64,000 nucleotides of DNA from Planctomycetota bacterium. GTDB lineage: Bacteria; Planctomycetota; UBA11346. Under the pieces are notes generated by a model. The model made no database searches and was not told the DNA's origin. It saw only the letters and a program-made list of their open reading frames with translations. Shown one piece after another: positions 8,757 through 22,585 of this stretch; the first letter of the stretch is position 1; the number at the start of each line of letters is the position of its first letter. Made by a program: the position numbers and the translations under genes. The stretch is from positions 4,991-68,990 of the forward strand of contig JBBRLJ010000026.1 of NCBI GenBank assembly GCA_038231435.1, read 5' to 3'.

Positions 8757-10175
8757 ATGTCGACCTCGTCCGAACGACCAGCCACTCGCGCGGCGGCATC
8801 GCCCGTCGCGCCCGTCGCGCCGAGTCATGGCGTCTCCTTCGCCGAGGGCATGCGCACCTGGGCCAAGATCGGCATGCTGAGTTTCGGCGGTCCCGCCGGC
8901 CAGATCGCGGTGATGCACCGCATCCTGGTCGATGAGAAGCGCTGGATCAGCGAAGACCGCTTTCTGCACGCGCTCAACTACTGCATGCTCCTGCCTGGTC
9001 CCGAGGCGCAGCAGCTGGCGTGCTACATCGGCTGGCTGCTCCATCGCACCCTCGGCGGCATCGTCGCCGGGGCGTTCTTCGTCCTCCCCGGTTTCATCTC
9101 CATCCTCGGCCTGAGCCTCGCCTATGTCGCCTACAGCGACACCGCGGTCGAGCGCGCGCTGCTCTATGGACTGAAACCGGCGATCATCGCCATCGTGGCG
9201 GCCGCGGTCATGCGCGTGGGCAGACGGGCGCTCAAGAACCGCATCATGATCGTGATCGCCGTCGTAGCGTTCATGGCCGTGTTCGTCCTCGGCGTGCCGT
9301 TTCCGCTGATCATCGGCGGCGCCGCGGCGATCGGCCTGCTCGGTGGACGCCTGCGCCCGGACCTGTTCGTCGTGAGCAAGGGCCATGGCGCGGCATCAGC
9401 GTCGACCGCTGCCGCGCAGCCGGTCATTGCCGATGACGCCCTGGCGCATGCGAAGCCCTCGTGGGGTCACGCGCTGCGCACCCTGACGCTGTGGCTGGTG
9501 CTGTGGTGGGCGCCGGTGCTGGCGTTGCTGGCGATCCTCGGGCCGCACAACGTGTTCACGCGCGAGGGACTGTTCTTCAGCGAGGCCGCCGTCGTCACCT
9601 TCGGCGGCGCGTACGCCGTGCTCGCCTTCCTGGCGCAGCAGGCGGTGCAGGTCTACCACTGGGTGTCGGTGCACGAAATGATGGATGGCCTGGGCATGGC
9701 CGAGACGACGCCGGGGCCGCTCATCATGGTGACCCAGTTCGTGGGATTCATGGGCGCCTACCGCGAACCGGGCGGACTGAATCCGTACGCCGCCGCGACC
9801 ATGGCGTCGGTGCTGGTGACCTGGGTGACGTTCATGCCCTCGTACCTCTACATCTTCCTGGGCGCGCCGTGGATTGAACACCTGCGCGGAAACCAACGCC
9901 TGAATGCCATGCTGTCGGCCATCACCGCCGCGGTCGTCGGCGTGATCCTCAATCTCGCCTGCTGGTTCGCGCTGCGCACGCTCTTCGCCGAGGTCATCGA
10001 TCATCAGGTCGGCCCCCTGCACATGTCGGTACCGACGTGGTCCACGATCGACTGGGGCGCACTGGTGCTCTCGGCGGGCGCCTGCGTGGCGATGCTCCGC
10101 TTCGGTGTCGGCATGATCTGGACGCTCGCCGTCTGCCTCGCCCTGGGCATGGGCTGGTCGCTCGTGGCGCGATGA
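8757..10175 (+). CDS. chrA: chromate ion transporter ChrA (duplicated CHR domains)
   Basis: Hallmark GMLSFGGPAGQIAVMH in the first half, and a second CHR repeat (AVVTFGGAYAVLAFLAQQAV). 10-12 TM helices. The start could be the downstream Met (MRTWAKIGML) at 8850. Confidence 0.8.
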   Translation: MSTSSERPATRAAASPVAPVAPSHGVSFAEGMRTWAKIGMLSFGGPAGQIAVMHRILVDEKRWISEDRFLHALNYCMLLPGPEAQQLACYIGWLLHRTLGGIVAGAFFVLPGFISILGLSLAYVAYSDTAVERALLYGLKPAIIAIVAAAVMRVGRRALKNRIMIVIAVVAFMAVFVLGVPFPLIIGGAAAIGLLGGRLRPDLFVVSKGHGAASASTAAAQPVIADDALAHAKPSWGHALRTLTLWLVLWWAPVLALLAILGPHNVFTREGLFFSEAAVVTFGGAYAVLAFLAQQAVQVYHWVSVHEMMDGLGMAETTPGPLIMVTQFVGFMGAYREPGGLNPYAAATMASVLVTWVTFMPSYLYIFLGAPWIEHLRGNQRLNAMLSAITAAVVGVILNLACWFALRTLFAEVIDHQVGPLHMSVPTWSTIDWGALVLSAGACVAMLRFGVGMIWTLAVCLALGMGWSLVAR

Positions 10176-10230
10176 CGAGATGATCCCGATTTGAGTGTTG
10201 GCGTCGCGTTGTAGCGCTCCAAAATCCGTC

Positions 10231-13959
<3,729 letters not shown>

Positions 13960-14018
13960 GAATCCGACGCCATCCTACACTTTCCCCAGCACACTCGACC
14001 AACGGACCGCAGATATCC

Positions 14019-15272
14019 ATGATCCCCGACATCGCCGCTCCCATCAGGATACTCCTCATCGAGGACAACCCCGTCGACGCCAAGCTCGTCAGCGTCTACC
14101 TGAAGCACGGATTGCGCGTCCCGCACGAGGTATCCCAGTGTACCGAGCTGGCGCCGGCGCTCACGCTTCTGAAGAACCAGCCTGTCGAGGTGATCCTGCT
14201 CGATCTGTCGCTGCCGGATTGCAGCGGATACACCACCTTCACCATGGTCCGCGATGCCGCTCCCGACGCCCCCATCGTGGTGTTGACCGGATCGGAGGAC
14301 GAAGCCCTCGCGGTCCAGGCGATCCAGGAAGGAGCGCAGGACTACCTACTCAAGAGCAGTCTCACAGCAGCCATGCTCGGCCGCACCATCCGCTACGGCA
14401 TCGAGCGTCGACGCTTGCAAGATGGCCTCCGGCAGCGCGATCGCCAATTGCACACTGCGCACAAGCTGGAAGCCGTGGGACAGCTCGCTGCTGGAGTCGC
14501 TCACGAGATCAACACGCCGCTGCAGTTCATCGGGGACAATTTACGCTTCACCATGGATCAGATCACCGCGCTGGTCCGCGCCCTGGATACCTGCTCAGCC
14601 GTCATGGATGCGGAACGCCCCTCGCATCCACGCTCGCCACACATCACGGCATTCGATACGTTTGTGAAGGAGTGCGATCTCGGCTTCCTGCGCGAAGAAT
14701 TGCCGCGTGCGCTGAGCGAATCCGCCTCGGGCCTCGATCACATCAAGGAGATCGTCCAGGCACTCAAGCGCGTTGCCATGACCGATGGCGCGCTTCCAGT
14801 ATCCGTGAGCGTGAATCAGCTGATTGCCGACGCGATGGCCGTGGCGCAGGGAATCGTCAAGCACTGTGCGCGGATCGATCACATTCCCGATCCGGCCTCT
14901 TCGTCGATCCGTGGCTTTCCCGCATCGTTGATCCAGGTGCTTCTCGACATCGTGAGCAATGCCGCTCAAGCCATCCAATCGCTCCGGACGCCCGCGCACG
15001 TCGGCGTGATCACGATCACGAGCGCGACGACCGGGTCATCCATCGAGCTGCGCATCCATGACAATGGACCTGGCATTCCGCCGGCCGTGGCGCACCGGAT
15101 CTTCGAGCCCTTCTTCACGACGAAACCCGTGGGGCAGGGATCAGGGCAGAGCCTGGCCATCGCCAGGGCGATCATCGTCAATGATCACGGAGGTGATCTG
15201 ACGTTCGAGTCGGATGACACCGGCACGACATTCATCGTTCGATTGCCGCTCTGGACCTCGCAACCGCCATGA
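14019..15272 (+). CDS. response-regulator receiver fused to a histidine kinase (REC-HisKA-HATPase_c)
   Basis: ILLIEDNPVDAKL...ILLDLSLPD (REC). HEINTPLQFI (H-box). HDNGPGIP...GQGSGQSLAIARAI (G-boxes). Confidence 0.8.
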   Translation: MIPDIAAPIRILLIEDNPVDAKLVSVYLKHGLRVPHEVSQCTELAPALTLLKNQPVEVILLDLSLPDCSGYTTFTMVRDAAPDAPIVVLTGSEDEALAVQAIQEGAQDYLLKSSLTAAMLGRTIRYGIERRRLQDGLRQRDRQLHTAHKLEAVGQLAAGVAHEINTPLQFIGDNLRFTMDQITALVRALDTCSAVMDAERPSHPRSPHITAFDTFVKECDLGFLREELPRALSESASGLDHIKEIVQALKRVAMTDGALPVSVSVNQLIADAMAVAQGIVKHCARIDHIPDPASSSIRGFPASLIQVLLDIVSNAAQAIQSLRTPAHVGVITITSATTGSSIELRIHDNGPGIPPAVAHRIFEPFFTTKPVGQGSGQSLAIARAIIVNDHGGDLTFESDDTGTTFIVRLPLWTSQPP

Positions 15273-15372
15273 GGATCCGCTCAGGCCGCCCCCGTGCCGC
15301 ACACATGATGAAACGATTGAATGATACCTGAACCTGCATCGGCGTTCGGACTCGACCGAGCATCCTTGCGCG

Positions 15373-16605
15373 ATGGCCAAGTCGCGAAACCATGTGCTCA
15401 TGGACGTCGCTGATCACCTGTACCGGGTCCTGCTGGCCGAGGACAGTGACTTCGACGCCACATTACTCGAAGCCCAACTCAGAGCCGCGGCTGGGGATAC
15501 CTTCCTGATCGAGCGAGTACGCTCGGTGGCCGATCTCGAGACCGCCGCTGCGCAGGGGAGCTTTCCGCACGCGATGATCCTGGATCTCGGCATGCCTGAT
15601 TCCGATGGCATGGATACGTTCCTGCGCGCCTCGGCGGCCATGCCCGATACCGCGATCCTCGTTTTGACCGGCACCGATGACAGCGGACTGGCCTTGGCCG
15701 CCGTGGCGGCGGGGGCCCAGGATTATCTGGTGAAGGGGACGATGGATGGACCCGGTCTCGCCAAGGCCCTCTCCTTCGCCATCGAGCGCAAGGCGCTCGA
15801 CCGTCACGCGCGCGCGGGCGAGGCGGCCATCGGTATAAGACGTCGCGTGATCTCGGTATCCCAACTGGCGGCGGGCACGGCGGCGGAGCTGCAGCCCGCC
15901 ATCGAATTGGGGGTGGAAAACAGCCTCAAGGCGGGGAAGGCGATCGCCGCGCTGCAAGAAGCCCTGTCGGCATCCCTGAACACGGTCAACCCTCCATCAT
16001 CCTCAGCAGCAGGCTCGGCAGCATCAGCAGCTTCCGTGATGACAGCCCAGGCCGACGCCGCACAGGCGATGAAAGGCGTTCTCGACTCCCTATCCCTCAT
16101 CCAAGAGACCGCTCGCTCGCTGCGCCTGCTCGGCGCATCCGCTGCCACCGAGAAGACCCTGGTCGATCTGCACCGGATCCTCAGGCGTGTCCTCGTGCTC
16201 AATGACAGCGGATGGCGCTCGCATGCGAAGTTGAGAACTCGGATCGGCTTCGATACCCCCTACGTGCTGTGCGATGCGCAGGCCCTCGAGTCGACGGTGA
16301 CGAGCGTGATCCAGAATGCGATCGAGGCTCTCCTGCGCACAGATCGCAGCGATGGCCTCATCACGATCAGCACGGGTTGCCACGGCGCCTGGGTGTGGCT
16401 GCGCATCTCTGACAACGGTCCTGGGATCGCGCCGGAGTTGCGACCGAGATTATTCGAAGCATTCAATTCATCGAAGCCTCTTGGCACCGGCGGCATCGGC
16501 TTGGCGCGCGCACGAGTCGCCATCGAATCAGCGGGGGGCCACATCACCATCGAGCACCGCGAACCCGGCACCGATGTCACCATCACCCTTCCCATGTCCG
16601 GGTAG
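15373..16605 (+). CDS. receiver domain fused to a divergent kinase-like ATPase domain
   Basis: VLLAEDSDFDATL...ILDLGMPDSDG (REC). C-terminal ISDNGPGIAPELRPRLFEAF...GTGGIGLARARVAIESAGGHI (HATPase_c-like). No canonical H-box was seen in the linker. Confidence 0.65.
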   Translation: MAKSRNHVLMDVADHLYRVLLAEDSDFDATLLEAQLRAAAGDTFLIERVRSVADLETAAAQGSFPHAMILDLGMPDSDGMDTFLRASAAMPDTAILVLTGTDDSGLALAAVAAGAQDYLVKGTMDGPGLAKALSFAIERKALDRHARAGEAAIGIRRRVISVSQLAAGTAAELQPAIELGVENSLKAGKAIAALQEALSASLNTVNPPSSSAAGSAASAASVMTAQADAAQAMKGVLDSLSLIQETARSLRLLGASAATEKTLVDLHRILRRVLVLNDSGWRSHAKLRTRIGFDTPYVLCDAQALESTVTSVIQNAIEALLRTDRSDGLITISTGCHGAWVWLRISDNGPGIAPELRPRLFEAFNSSKPLGTGGIGLARARVAIESAGGHITIEHREPGTDVTITLPMSG

Positions 16606-16705
16606 CTGGGTGTCGATGGCTGGCCTAGCCAGCATGGCGCAAGGAAGGGCGATTCATCCCCGTCCACCACCAACGCACACCACTTCCAGGAAAACCTCAA
16701 GTCAT

Positions 16706-16711
16706 TATAAT
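16706..16711 (+). promoter_or_regulatory. consensus -10 hexamer TATAAT in an AT-rich island upstream of the PAS kinase
   Basis: gtcatTATAATaacagatgttacacc in an otherwise about 70% GC context, 100 bp upstream of the ATG at 16813. No convincing -35 was found. Confidence 0.3.
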
Positions 16712-16812
16712 AACAGATGTTACACCGCATTATTCCATGCCTCTTCGCATGGCCGTCGTGCACAGAGTATGGCCATCTCGATCTTGCGCTCTCCTGCAGG
16801 TCATGATTCTGA

Positions 16813-18339
16813 ATGGTCATGCTCACCTCTCCTGATGCAGAGCCCGCGGCGGATCCACGTGCCGAACTCCATCGGTTGAGAGCCGAGCTCGAGGCAGTGA
16901 AGCAACGCTCGGAGCTGGCTTTCGATTTCATCGAAAATGGTTCCATCGGGCTGCATGGGGTCGGGCCTGATGGCACCATCCTCTGGGCCAACCAGACCGA
17001 GCTCACGCTCCTCGGCTACTCGCGCGAGGAATACATCGGCAAGAGCATCGTCAAGTTCCACGCTGAACGCAGCGTCATCGATGAAATCCTCACCCGGCTG
17101 AGCCGAAACGAGACGCTCTGCGATTACGAGGCGAAGCTGCGCTGCAAGAACGGCGACATCAAGACGGTGCTGATCAATTCATCCGTCCTCTGGAAGGATG
17201 GGGAATTCATCCAGACCCGGTGCTTCACCCGGGACATCACGGATTACAAGCTTCAACACCTGGCGTTGATGGAGTCTGAGGAACGCTATCGGACCCTCAT
17301 TGCCCAGGCCAACGACGCGATCTTCGTCGCTGACGCCGAAAGCGGGACCATCCTCGATGCCAACCGCAGCGCCGAGCAGCTGCTCGGGATCTCCCTCGAC
17401 CGCATCAAGGGAATGCATCAGAGCGCTCTGCACCCGCCCGAGATGATCGAGGAATACAAGACGATGTTCCGGGAACATGCCCGCAAAGGCGGCGGTGAGC
17501 TCGTCCGGAATGTCTACGTCCGCCACTCGTCGGGGCGGCAGGTTCCCGTCGAGATCAGCGCGAACGTGATCAAGCTCGGCGGCAAGCCAGCCCTCCAGGG
17601 CATCTTCCGTGACGTGACCGAACGCAAGCTCGCCGAGGCCGAGATCACCGCCAAAGCCGCCGAGCTGGCGAGATCGAACGCGGAGCTGTCGCAGTTCGCA
17701 TCGATCGCCTCGCATGACCTGCAAGAGCCCTTGCGCATGATCTCCAGCTACATCTCGCTGCTCGAACGGCGGCTCCGGGGCACCCTCGACGACAAGTCCA
17801 AGGAATACATGGCGTACATCGGTGACGGCGCCGCGCGGCTCCGTTCGATGATCAAATCGATCCTCTCATATGCGTCCGTCGGCACCAAGCTGAACATCGA
17901 TGATGTCCCGAGCATCGCCATCCTCCGCGAGGCGTTGGACAACCTCGAGGAGAAGATCACCTCCACACAGGCCGTGATCTCCTTCGATGAGCTGCCTCGG
18001 ATCAGGGCCGACCGCATGCTGCTCGTCGTCCTGTTCCAGAATCTCATCAGCAATGCCATCAAGTTCTGCCGCGGACGCACGCCGGCTATCCGGATAACTG
18101 CCCGCAGCGAAGACAAGGAAACGATATTCACCATCAGCGACAACGGCATCGGAATCAGACCCGAGGACCGATCCAGGCTGTTCGCCCTGTTCACCCGCCT
18201 GCACATGCAGGACGAGTTTCCCGGCACTGGGATCGGATTGGCCACTTGCCTGAAGATCGTCGAGCGCCATGGGGGACGCATCTGGGTCGAATCGACACCC
18301 GATGTCGGCTCGATGTTCTCCTTCAGCCTGCCGCGATAG
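16813..18339 (+). CDS. PAS/PAC sensor histidine kinase (cytoplasmic)
   Basis: Two PAS regions. H-box SIASHDLQEPLRMI. HATPase_c (ISDNGIGIRPEDRSRLF...[25 protein letters not shown]). Confidence 0.85.
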   Translation: MVMLTSPDAEPAADPRAELHRLRAELEAVKQRSELAFDFIENGSIGLHGVGPDGTILWANQTELTLLGYSREEYIGKSIVKFHAERSVIDEILTRLSRNETLCDYEAKLRCKNGDIKTVLINSSVLWKDGEFIQTRCFTRDITDYKLQHLALMESEERYRTLIAQANDAIFVADAESGTILDANRSAEQLLGISLDRIKGMHQSALHPPEMIEEYKTMFREHARKGGGELVRNVYVRHSSGRQVPVEISANVIKLGGKPALQGIFRDVTERKLAEAEITAKAAELARSNAELSQFASIASHDLQEPLRMISSYISLLERRLRGTLDDKSKEYMAYIGDGAARLRSMIKSILSYASVGTKLNIDDVPSIAILREALDNLEEKITSTQAVISFDELPRIRADRMLLVVLFQNLISNAIKFCRGRTPAIRITARSEDKETIFTISDNGIGIRPEDRSRLFALFTRLHMQDEFPGTGIGLATCLKIVERHGGRIWVESTPDVGSMFSFSLPR

Positions 18340-18504
18340 CCTGCCGCGATAGACGACCAGCGACACGCGCGATACATGGCGCGTGATTGGTGAAGCGGCG
18401 ATCGGCCCTGCTGCGGATCGGTAGACGGTAAAGATCGAAAGACAGCGTCCGCATGGCTGACTGCCGCTCCTGGCTCACTGGGGCGGACGCGTAGGGTCAC
18501 GGGC

Positions 18505-19326
18505 ATGCGATTCCCAGGACGCGGGCATGCGGCGATCGGCTTCGGACCATGGCTCACGATGATCGCCATATCCCTCAGCTTCCTCGGCTGCGGCAGCGAT
18601 CGAGGCGGTTGGTATGTCCTGAGATGGATCGAGCAGCCGAATGCGCACGGGCCATCGGCGACGGCGAAGCCCGAGGATGTGTGCGCGTTCGTGCCCTGCG
18701 GATGCCATGATCGTGACGCCGGCGCTGTCGCGCGTGATGAGGCCATGGGCGCGCTGCGGGAAGGAGACGTGATCGCGTACCGCAAGCCGACGTCCGAAGC
18801 GCGGCGCGAGATCGCCACCGTGCATCTCAATTCGGTCGGCTACCGCATGCTGAAATACGGCCACCTCGCGATCGTGGTCAGGGATCCGGACAGGCCCGAG
18901 CGACTGTGCCTGTTCTCCAGCGAGAGCTTCAAGGGCCCGAACATCGACGAGGATCTGCCGACGCTGAACGATCACGACGGGGACGCGTACCGCCTCGACC
19001 GGTGGGATCGCGTGGACAAAGGACGCATCGCGGATTTTGTCCGCCTCGCGCACGCGAAAGCCGGGCATTGGTACGGCTATGATTTCTCCGGCATGCTCGG
19101 TCTGTGGAACTCGAATCTCACTCCCGAGAAGCCCGACGAGATCGGACACGACTACATCTGCTCCACGGTGGTCGTGGCGTGCCTGTGGTACGCGGGCGTG
19201 CGGCTCGACGCGGTGCGCAGCCAAGTCGGGGATGTGTGTTCGCCGTATCAGGTGGTGCTGAGCCGTGGGGCGCTGATGCCTCTGCCGCAAGTCGAGTTGG
19301 TGGTGGAGAAGACGGTGGGGCGGTGA
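18505..19326 (+). CDS. putative lipoprotein, permuted papain-fold (YiiX/DUF830-like) hydrolase
   Basis: Signal region plus lipobox-like FLGCG. His before Cys order (YGHLAIVV ... DYICSTVVVACLWYAG) as in permuted NlpC/P60-like amidases. Family assignment is tentative. Confidence 0.35.
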   Translation: MRFPGRGHAAIGFGPWLTMIAISLSFLGCGSDRGGWYVLRWIEQPNAHGPSATAKPEDVCAFVPCGCHDRDAGAVARDEAMGALREGDVIAYRKPTSEARREIATVHLNSVGYRMLKYGHLAIVVRDPDRPERLCLFSSESFKGPNIDEDLPTLNDHDGDAYRLDRWDRVDKGRIADFVRLAHAKAGHWYGYDFSGMLGLWNSNLTPEKPDEIGHDYICSTVVVACLWYAGVRLDAVRSQVGDVCSPYQVVLSRGALMPLPQVELVVEKTVGR

Positions 19327-19424
19327 GGGGCCTGATCATGCTCAGCCGCGATGGTCGCATTCCGCATCCCACGGACCTCGGCCCCGCATGGTCCCTCCGC
19401 CGCCATCTCGCGCTCGGTTGACCA

Positions 19425-20132
19425 ATGCTCCGCAGATACGCCCTCTATGCATGGATCGTGCTGTGGGCACTCCTGTCCGGACTCGTGCTCTATCCCATCT
19501 CCATCAGCCTCATCCGCGCCTTGATCGTCGTCTGCGTAGTCGCGCTCGCGATACTTCCGATCCTTCTGGCGTGGCCCTCGCGCCACTGGCGTTACGCAGC
19601 GTTCCTGCCTCTGCTGGCGGTCGCGCTGATCGCGGCCTGGCCCGCCGGGTCGGGACCGCGCGCAGCGAGCTACGCGCGAGCGCTGCGCGCCTACCTGGGC
19701 GTGCGCTACCTGTGGGGCGGGGAGAACGGCTTTGGCATCGATTGTTCAGGGCTGCTGCGGCGAGCCTATATCCGAGCGGCTATCCTCGAAGGGATCCGTG
19801 GGTGCGATCCGGGCGAGATCCACAGCGGCTTGGCCGTGTGGTGGCACGACTGCTCGGCACGCGAACTACGTGATGGCTATGGCGGCCGCACCTCGATGAC
19901 CGGCGTTTCCGGACGCATCGATGCGTTCGCGGATGCCGATCTAAGCGTCGGTGACCTCGCCATCACCGCCGATGGCCGACACTGTCTCGCCTATCTCGGC
20001 GATCGCGAATGGATCGAAGCGGATCCGGATGTCAGCCATGTGGTGATCTGCCGCCCCCCGGATGCGACCGTGCGCTGGCTCTCCGTTCCGGTAACCATGG
20101 TGAGATGGACAGGCCTGATTCCGGCGAAGTGA
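19425..20132 (+). CDS. membrane-anchored NlpC/P60 (C40) peptidoglycan endopeptidase-like protein
   Basis: Two N-terminal TM helices. Catalytic Cys motif YLWGGENGFGIDCSGLLRRAY with downstream His (HCLAYLGD). Confidence 0.7.
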   Translation: MLRRYALYAWIVLWALLSGLVLYPISISLIRALIVVCVVALAILPILLAWPSRHWRYAAFLPLLAVALIAAWPAGSGPRAASYARALRAYLGVRYLWGGENGFGIDCSGLLRRAYIRAAILEGIRGCDPGEIHSGLAVWWHDCSARELRDGYGGRTSMTGVSGRIDAFADADLSVGDLAITADGRHCLAYLGDREWIEADPDVSHVVICRPPDATVRWLSVPVTMVRWTGLIPAK

Positions 20133-20344
20133 GGACCAGGAAGTCTTGGGCGCGGACCCTGCAATCGCCACGCTGACGCAGCAGCGTCTTCGAGACGCTG
20201 AAGGCCGTGGCGCTGTCCGATGCGGGCGGGATCGCGGGATTTGCTCATGTCCCGAAGCGGTTGAAGACTCCGTCAGTGCCCCACGGGCCACGCATGGAGG
20301 ATCCGCACGATCCTGTGCATCCGCACGGGAGTCGATGCGTCCCG

Positions 20345-20821
20345 TCACCCATCCACCAGCCGCCCCGCCTCCTGCCCTCGGAACCATGCGGCCTCAGGCG
20401 AACGCGGATCGATCAGAGTGAAATCCGCGAAGTCGAACCCCGGCGCCACCGTGCATCCGACCAGCACGTGCGATGAGATTGGGCGCGCGGCCTGCCACCA
20501 GCCGGCCTTCACCACCGCCTGGGGCGTCATGCCCCGAGCTGCCGGGCCCAGGCGATGACGAATGAACGGCGCACCGAAGCGTTCGCAGGCGAGCAACTCG
20601 AGCTCGCCGCCGTCGTACCAGTGCCAGACCTCGTCGGAGCGCACGCGGTGCCAGCGGCTGACCTCGCCCGCGTCGAGCAGGAACAGGATCGCCGTCGATG
20701 CCGACCTCATCCCGCCGTGCGCGGCCACCATCGACGATGAGCGGAAGGTCTCGATGAAGTGCCCGCCCTCGGGATGCGGACGCAGACCGAGACGGGTGAT
20801 GAGCGCCTTTGCGTCGGACAT
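20345..20821 (-). CDS. cupin-fold protein (DUF985/cupin_5 family)
   Basis: N-terminal LGLRPHPEGGHFIETFRS signature of DUF985. Confidence 0.6.
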   Translation of the reverse strand: MSDAKALITRLGLRPHPEGGHFIETFRSSSMVAAHGGMRSASTAILFLLDAGEVSRWHRVRSDEVWHWYDGGELELLACERFGAPFIRHRLGPAARGMTPQAVVKAGWWQAARPISSHVLVGCTVAPGFDFADFTLIDPRSPEAAWFRGQEAGRLVDG

Positions 20822-20835
20822 GCTGGGCTCCGGCC

Positions 20836-21819
20836 CTACCGCAGATCCGCCTTCGCCCAGCCCGCGACCTCGGCGTCCTCCGATGCTGAAAGCGCGGTGA
20901 ACTCGGCGCGCGCGGCCGACGGATCAGCGACCATCCCGAGGCCGTCGCGCTGCATCTCGGCCAGGCGCAGGCGCGCGGCCAGATCGCCGCCCTTTGCCGC
21001 GGCCCGATACCAGCGTGCCGCCGATGGCTGGTCGATGCTCGCGCCCTGGCCGAGCTCATCCATGCGTCCGAGCACGTGGCTGGCATGCACGGCGTCGGGT
21101 GTATTGCAGGCGACGATAGCGCGATACCAGCACCGCGCGCCGAGCAGATCGACGGGGCCGCCGAAGCCTCCCTCGAGCGCCTCGGCGTAGCGCAGCATGT
21201 AGATCGATGGAGCGTTGGCGCGCACGGCATTGTAGAGCAGATCGCGGCCAGAGCTGGCACCGCTGGGCACGAGCCCGAACACCATCAGGCACCCGAGAGC
21301 CGCCTGGGCCTCGGCTTCGCCCTTGTTGCTCCAACGCGTGATGATCTGGATAGCGTCTTTCGCCTCGGGCGATCCCACCTCTGCTGCATCGATGGTCTTC
21401 AACGCCAGCTTGAACGCCCGGTAATCGCGCGTGTCGATCTGGCTCATCTCGCGATGGATGCGTTCGCTGTCGATCTGCTCCCTCGCTGCCCGATCAGACT
21501 CGGCTCGACGTTCAGCCTCGGCGCGCTCGTGCTGCTCCTGCCGGTACAACTGCTCCGCCTCCTCGGCGCGCTGGGCGCGCGAACGTTCCGCCGCTTCCTT
21601 GTTGCGACTCATCCGGGCGACGTCCTCGTCGCTCAGGCCGTTGCTCGTCATCGGGGCGTTCGGCGTGTTCGGCCGGGCGATGGCATCGCGGGTCGCCTCG
21701 TACTGACGATCGCGCTGCCTCTGCTCGTACTCGCGACTGGTCTCGGCGGCGAGCGGGGCGGACGCGGCGAGCGAGGCGACGAGGATGCAGGCGATCGGAC
21801 CCGAGTGGAAGAGCGGCAT
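20836..21819 (-). CDS. secreted Sel1-repeat (TPR-like) protein
   Basis: Signal peptide. Charged coiled region. C-terminal Sel1 repeats (ARWYRAAAKGGDLAARLRLAEMQRDGLG; ARCWYRAIVACNTPDAVHASHVLG). Confidence 0.6.
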   Translation of the reverse strand: MPLFHSGPIACILVASLAASAPLAAETSREYEQRQRDRQYEATRDAIARPNTPNAPMTSNGLSDEDVARMSRNKEAAERSRAQRAEEAEQLYRQEQHERAEAERRAESDRAAREQIDSERIHREMSQIDTRDYRAFKLALKTIDAAEVGSPEAKDAIQIITRWSNKGEAEAQAALGCLMVFGLVPSGASSGRDLLYNAVRANAPSIYMLRYAEALEGGFGGPVDLLGARCWYRAIVACNTPDAVHASHVLGRMDELGQGASIDQPSAARWYRAAAKGGDLAARLRLAEMQRDGLGMVADPSAARAEFTALSASEDAEVAGWAKADLR

Positions 21820-21924
21820 CCCTCAACCCTGCCTGACGACTCGCCGTGGACAACTCGCGAACGGATGAACGATGCAATCGTTGCCCAGCTTGCCGAGACG
21901 CCACGCGCCGGGTAGCGTCGGTGC

Positions 21925-22446
21925 ATGCATCGAGTCCCTCTTCTCGTCCTCGTCCTGGTGATGGGTCTGCACGCGGGCGGTTGCGGGCGCGATCTGTCAC
22001 GCATCCATGATCCGCTCGAGCGCGCCGATGTCTTCGTCGAGCGCGACCACAACGCGGACGCCTACTACGAGCGCGCGGTGATCCGCAACGAACGCGGCAT
22101 GAAGGATGGCGCCCTGGCCGATAGCGATGCGGCCCTCACCGCCCTGTCTCCGATGGTGCGCAACCCCTGCTACGATCTCTACAAACTGCGCGCCGACATC
22201 CACAAGGAGCGCGGCGACTTCGCGGCCGCGCTCGCGGATGCGGACGGAATGAGGAGCGAGACACGTGACAGCTCCGGCTGGCAAGCCACCGAGATCGGCC
22301 TGCTGCGCATCGATCTGCTGATCGCGCTCGGGCGATCCCAGGAAGCCGAGGACATCATCGCGCCGATGCTCGCCTGCGGCCCAGCCAGCCTCAACTTCGG
22401 CCTCGGCATGGGGCGATTGGAGAAACTCTATTCCGCGCGCAAGTGA
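21925..22446 (+). CDS. putative lipoprotein with TPR-like helical repeats
   Basis: MHRVPLLVLVLVMGLHAGGCG lipobox. Helical repeat composition. Confidence 0.4.
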   Translation: MHRVPLLVLVLVMGLHAGGCGRDLSRIHDPLERADVFVERDHNADAYYERAVIRNERGMKDGALADSDAALTALSPMVRNPCYDLYKLRADIHKERGDFAAALADADGMRSETRDSSGWQATEIGLLRIDLLIALGRSQEAEDIIAPMLACGPASLNFGLGMGRLEKLYSARK

Positions 22447-22585
22447 GGCGGGAAAATCCGTTTCCCTGGTTGGCGTAAGGAACCGCGGTGGAACGGCATG
22501 CTGGCGAAACTGCTGGCAGGTGGTGGCTCCTGCGAGCATGTAGTCACACGGGATCAAAGGATCGTGAAGAGGAAGCCCTCGCGGC

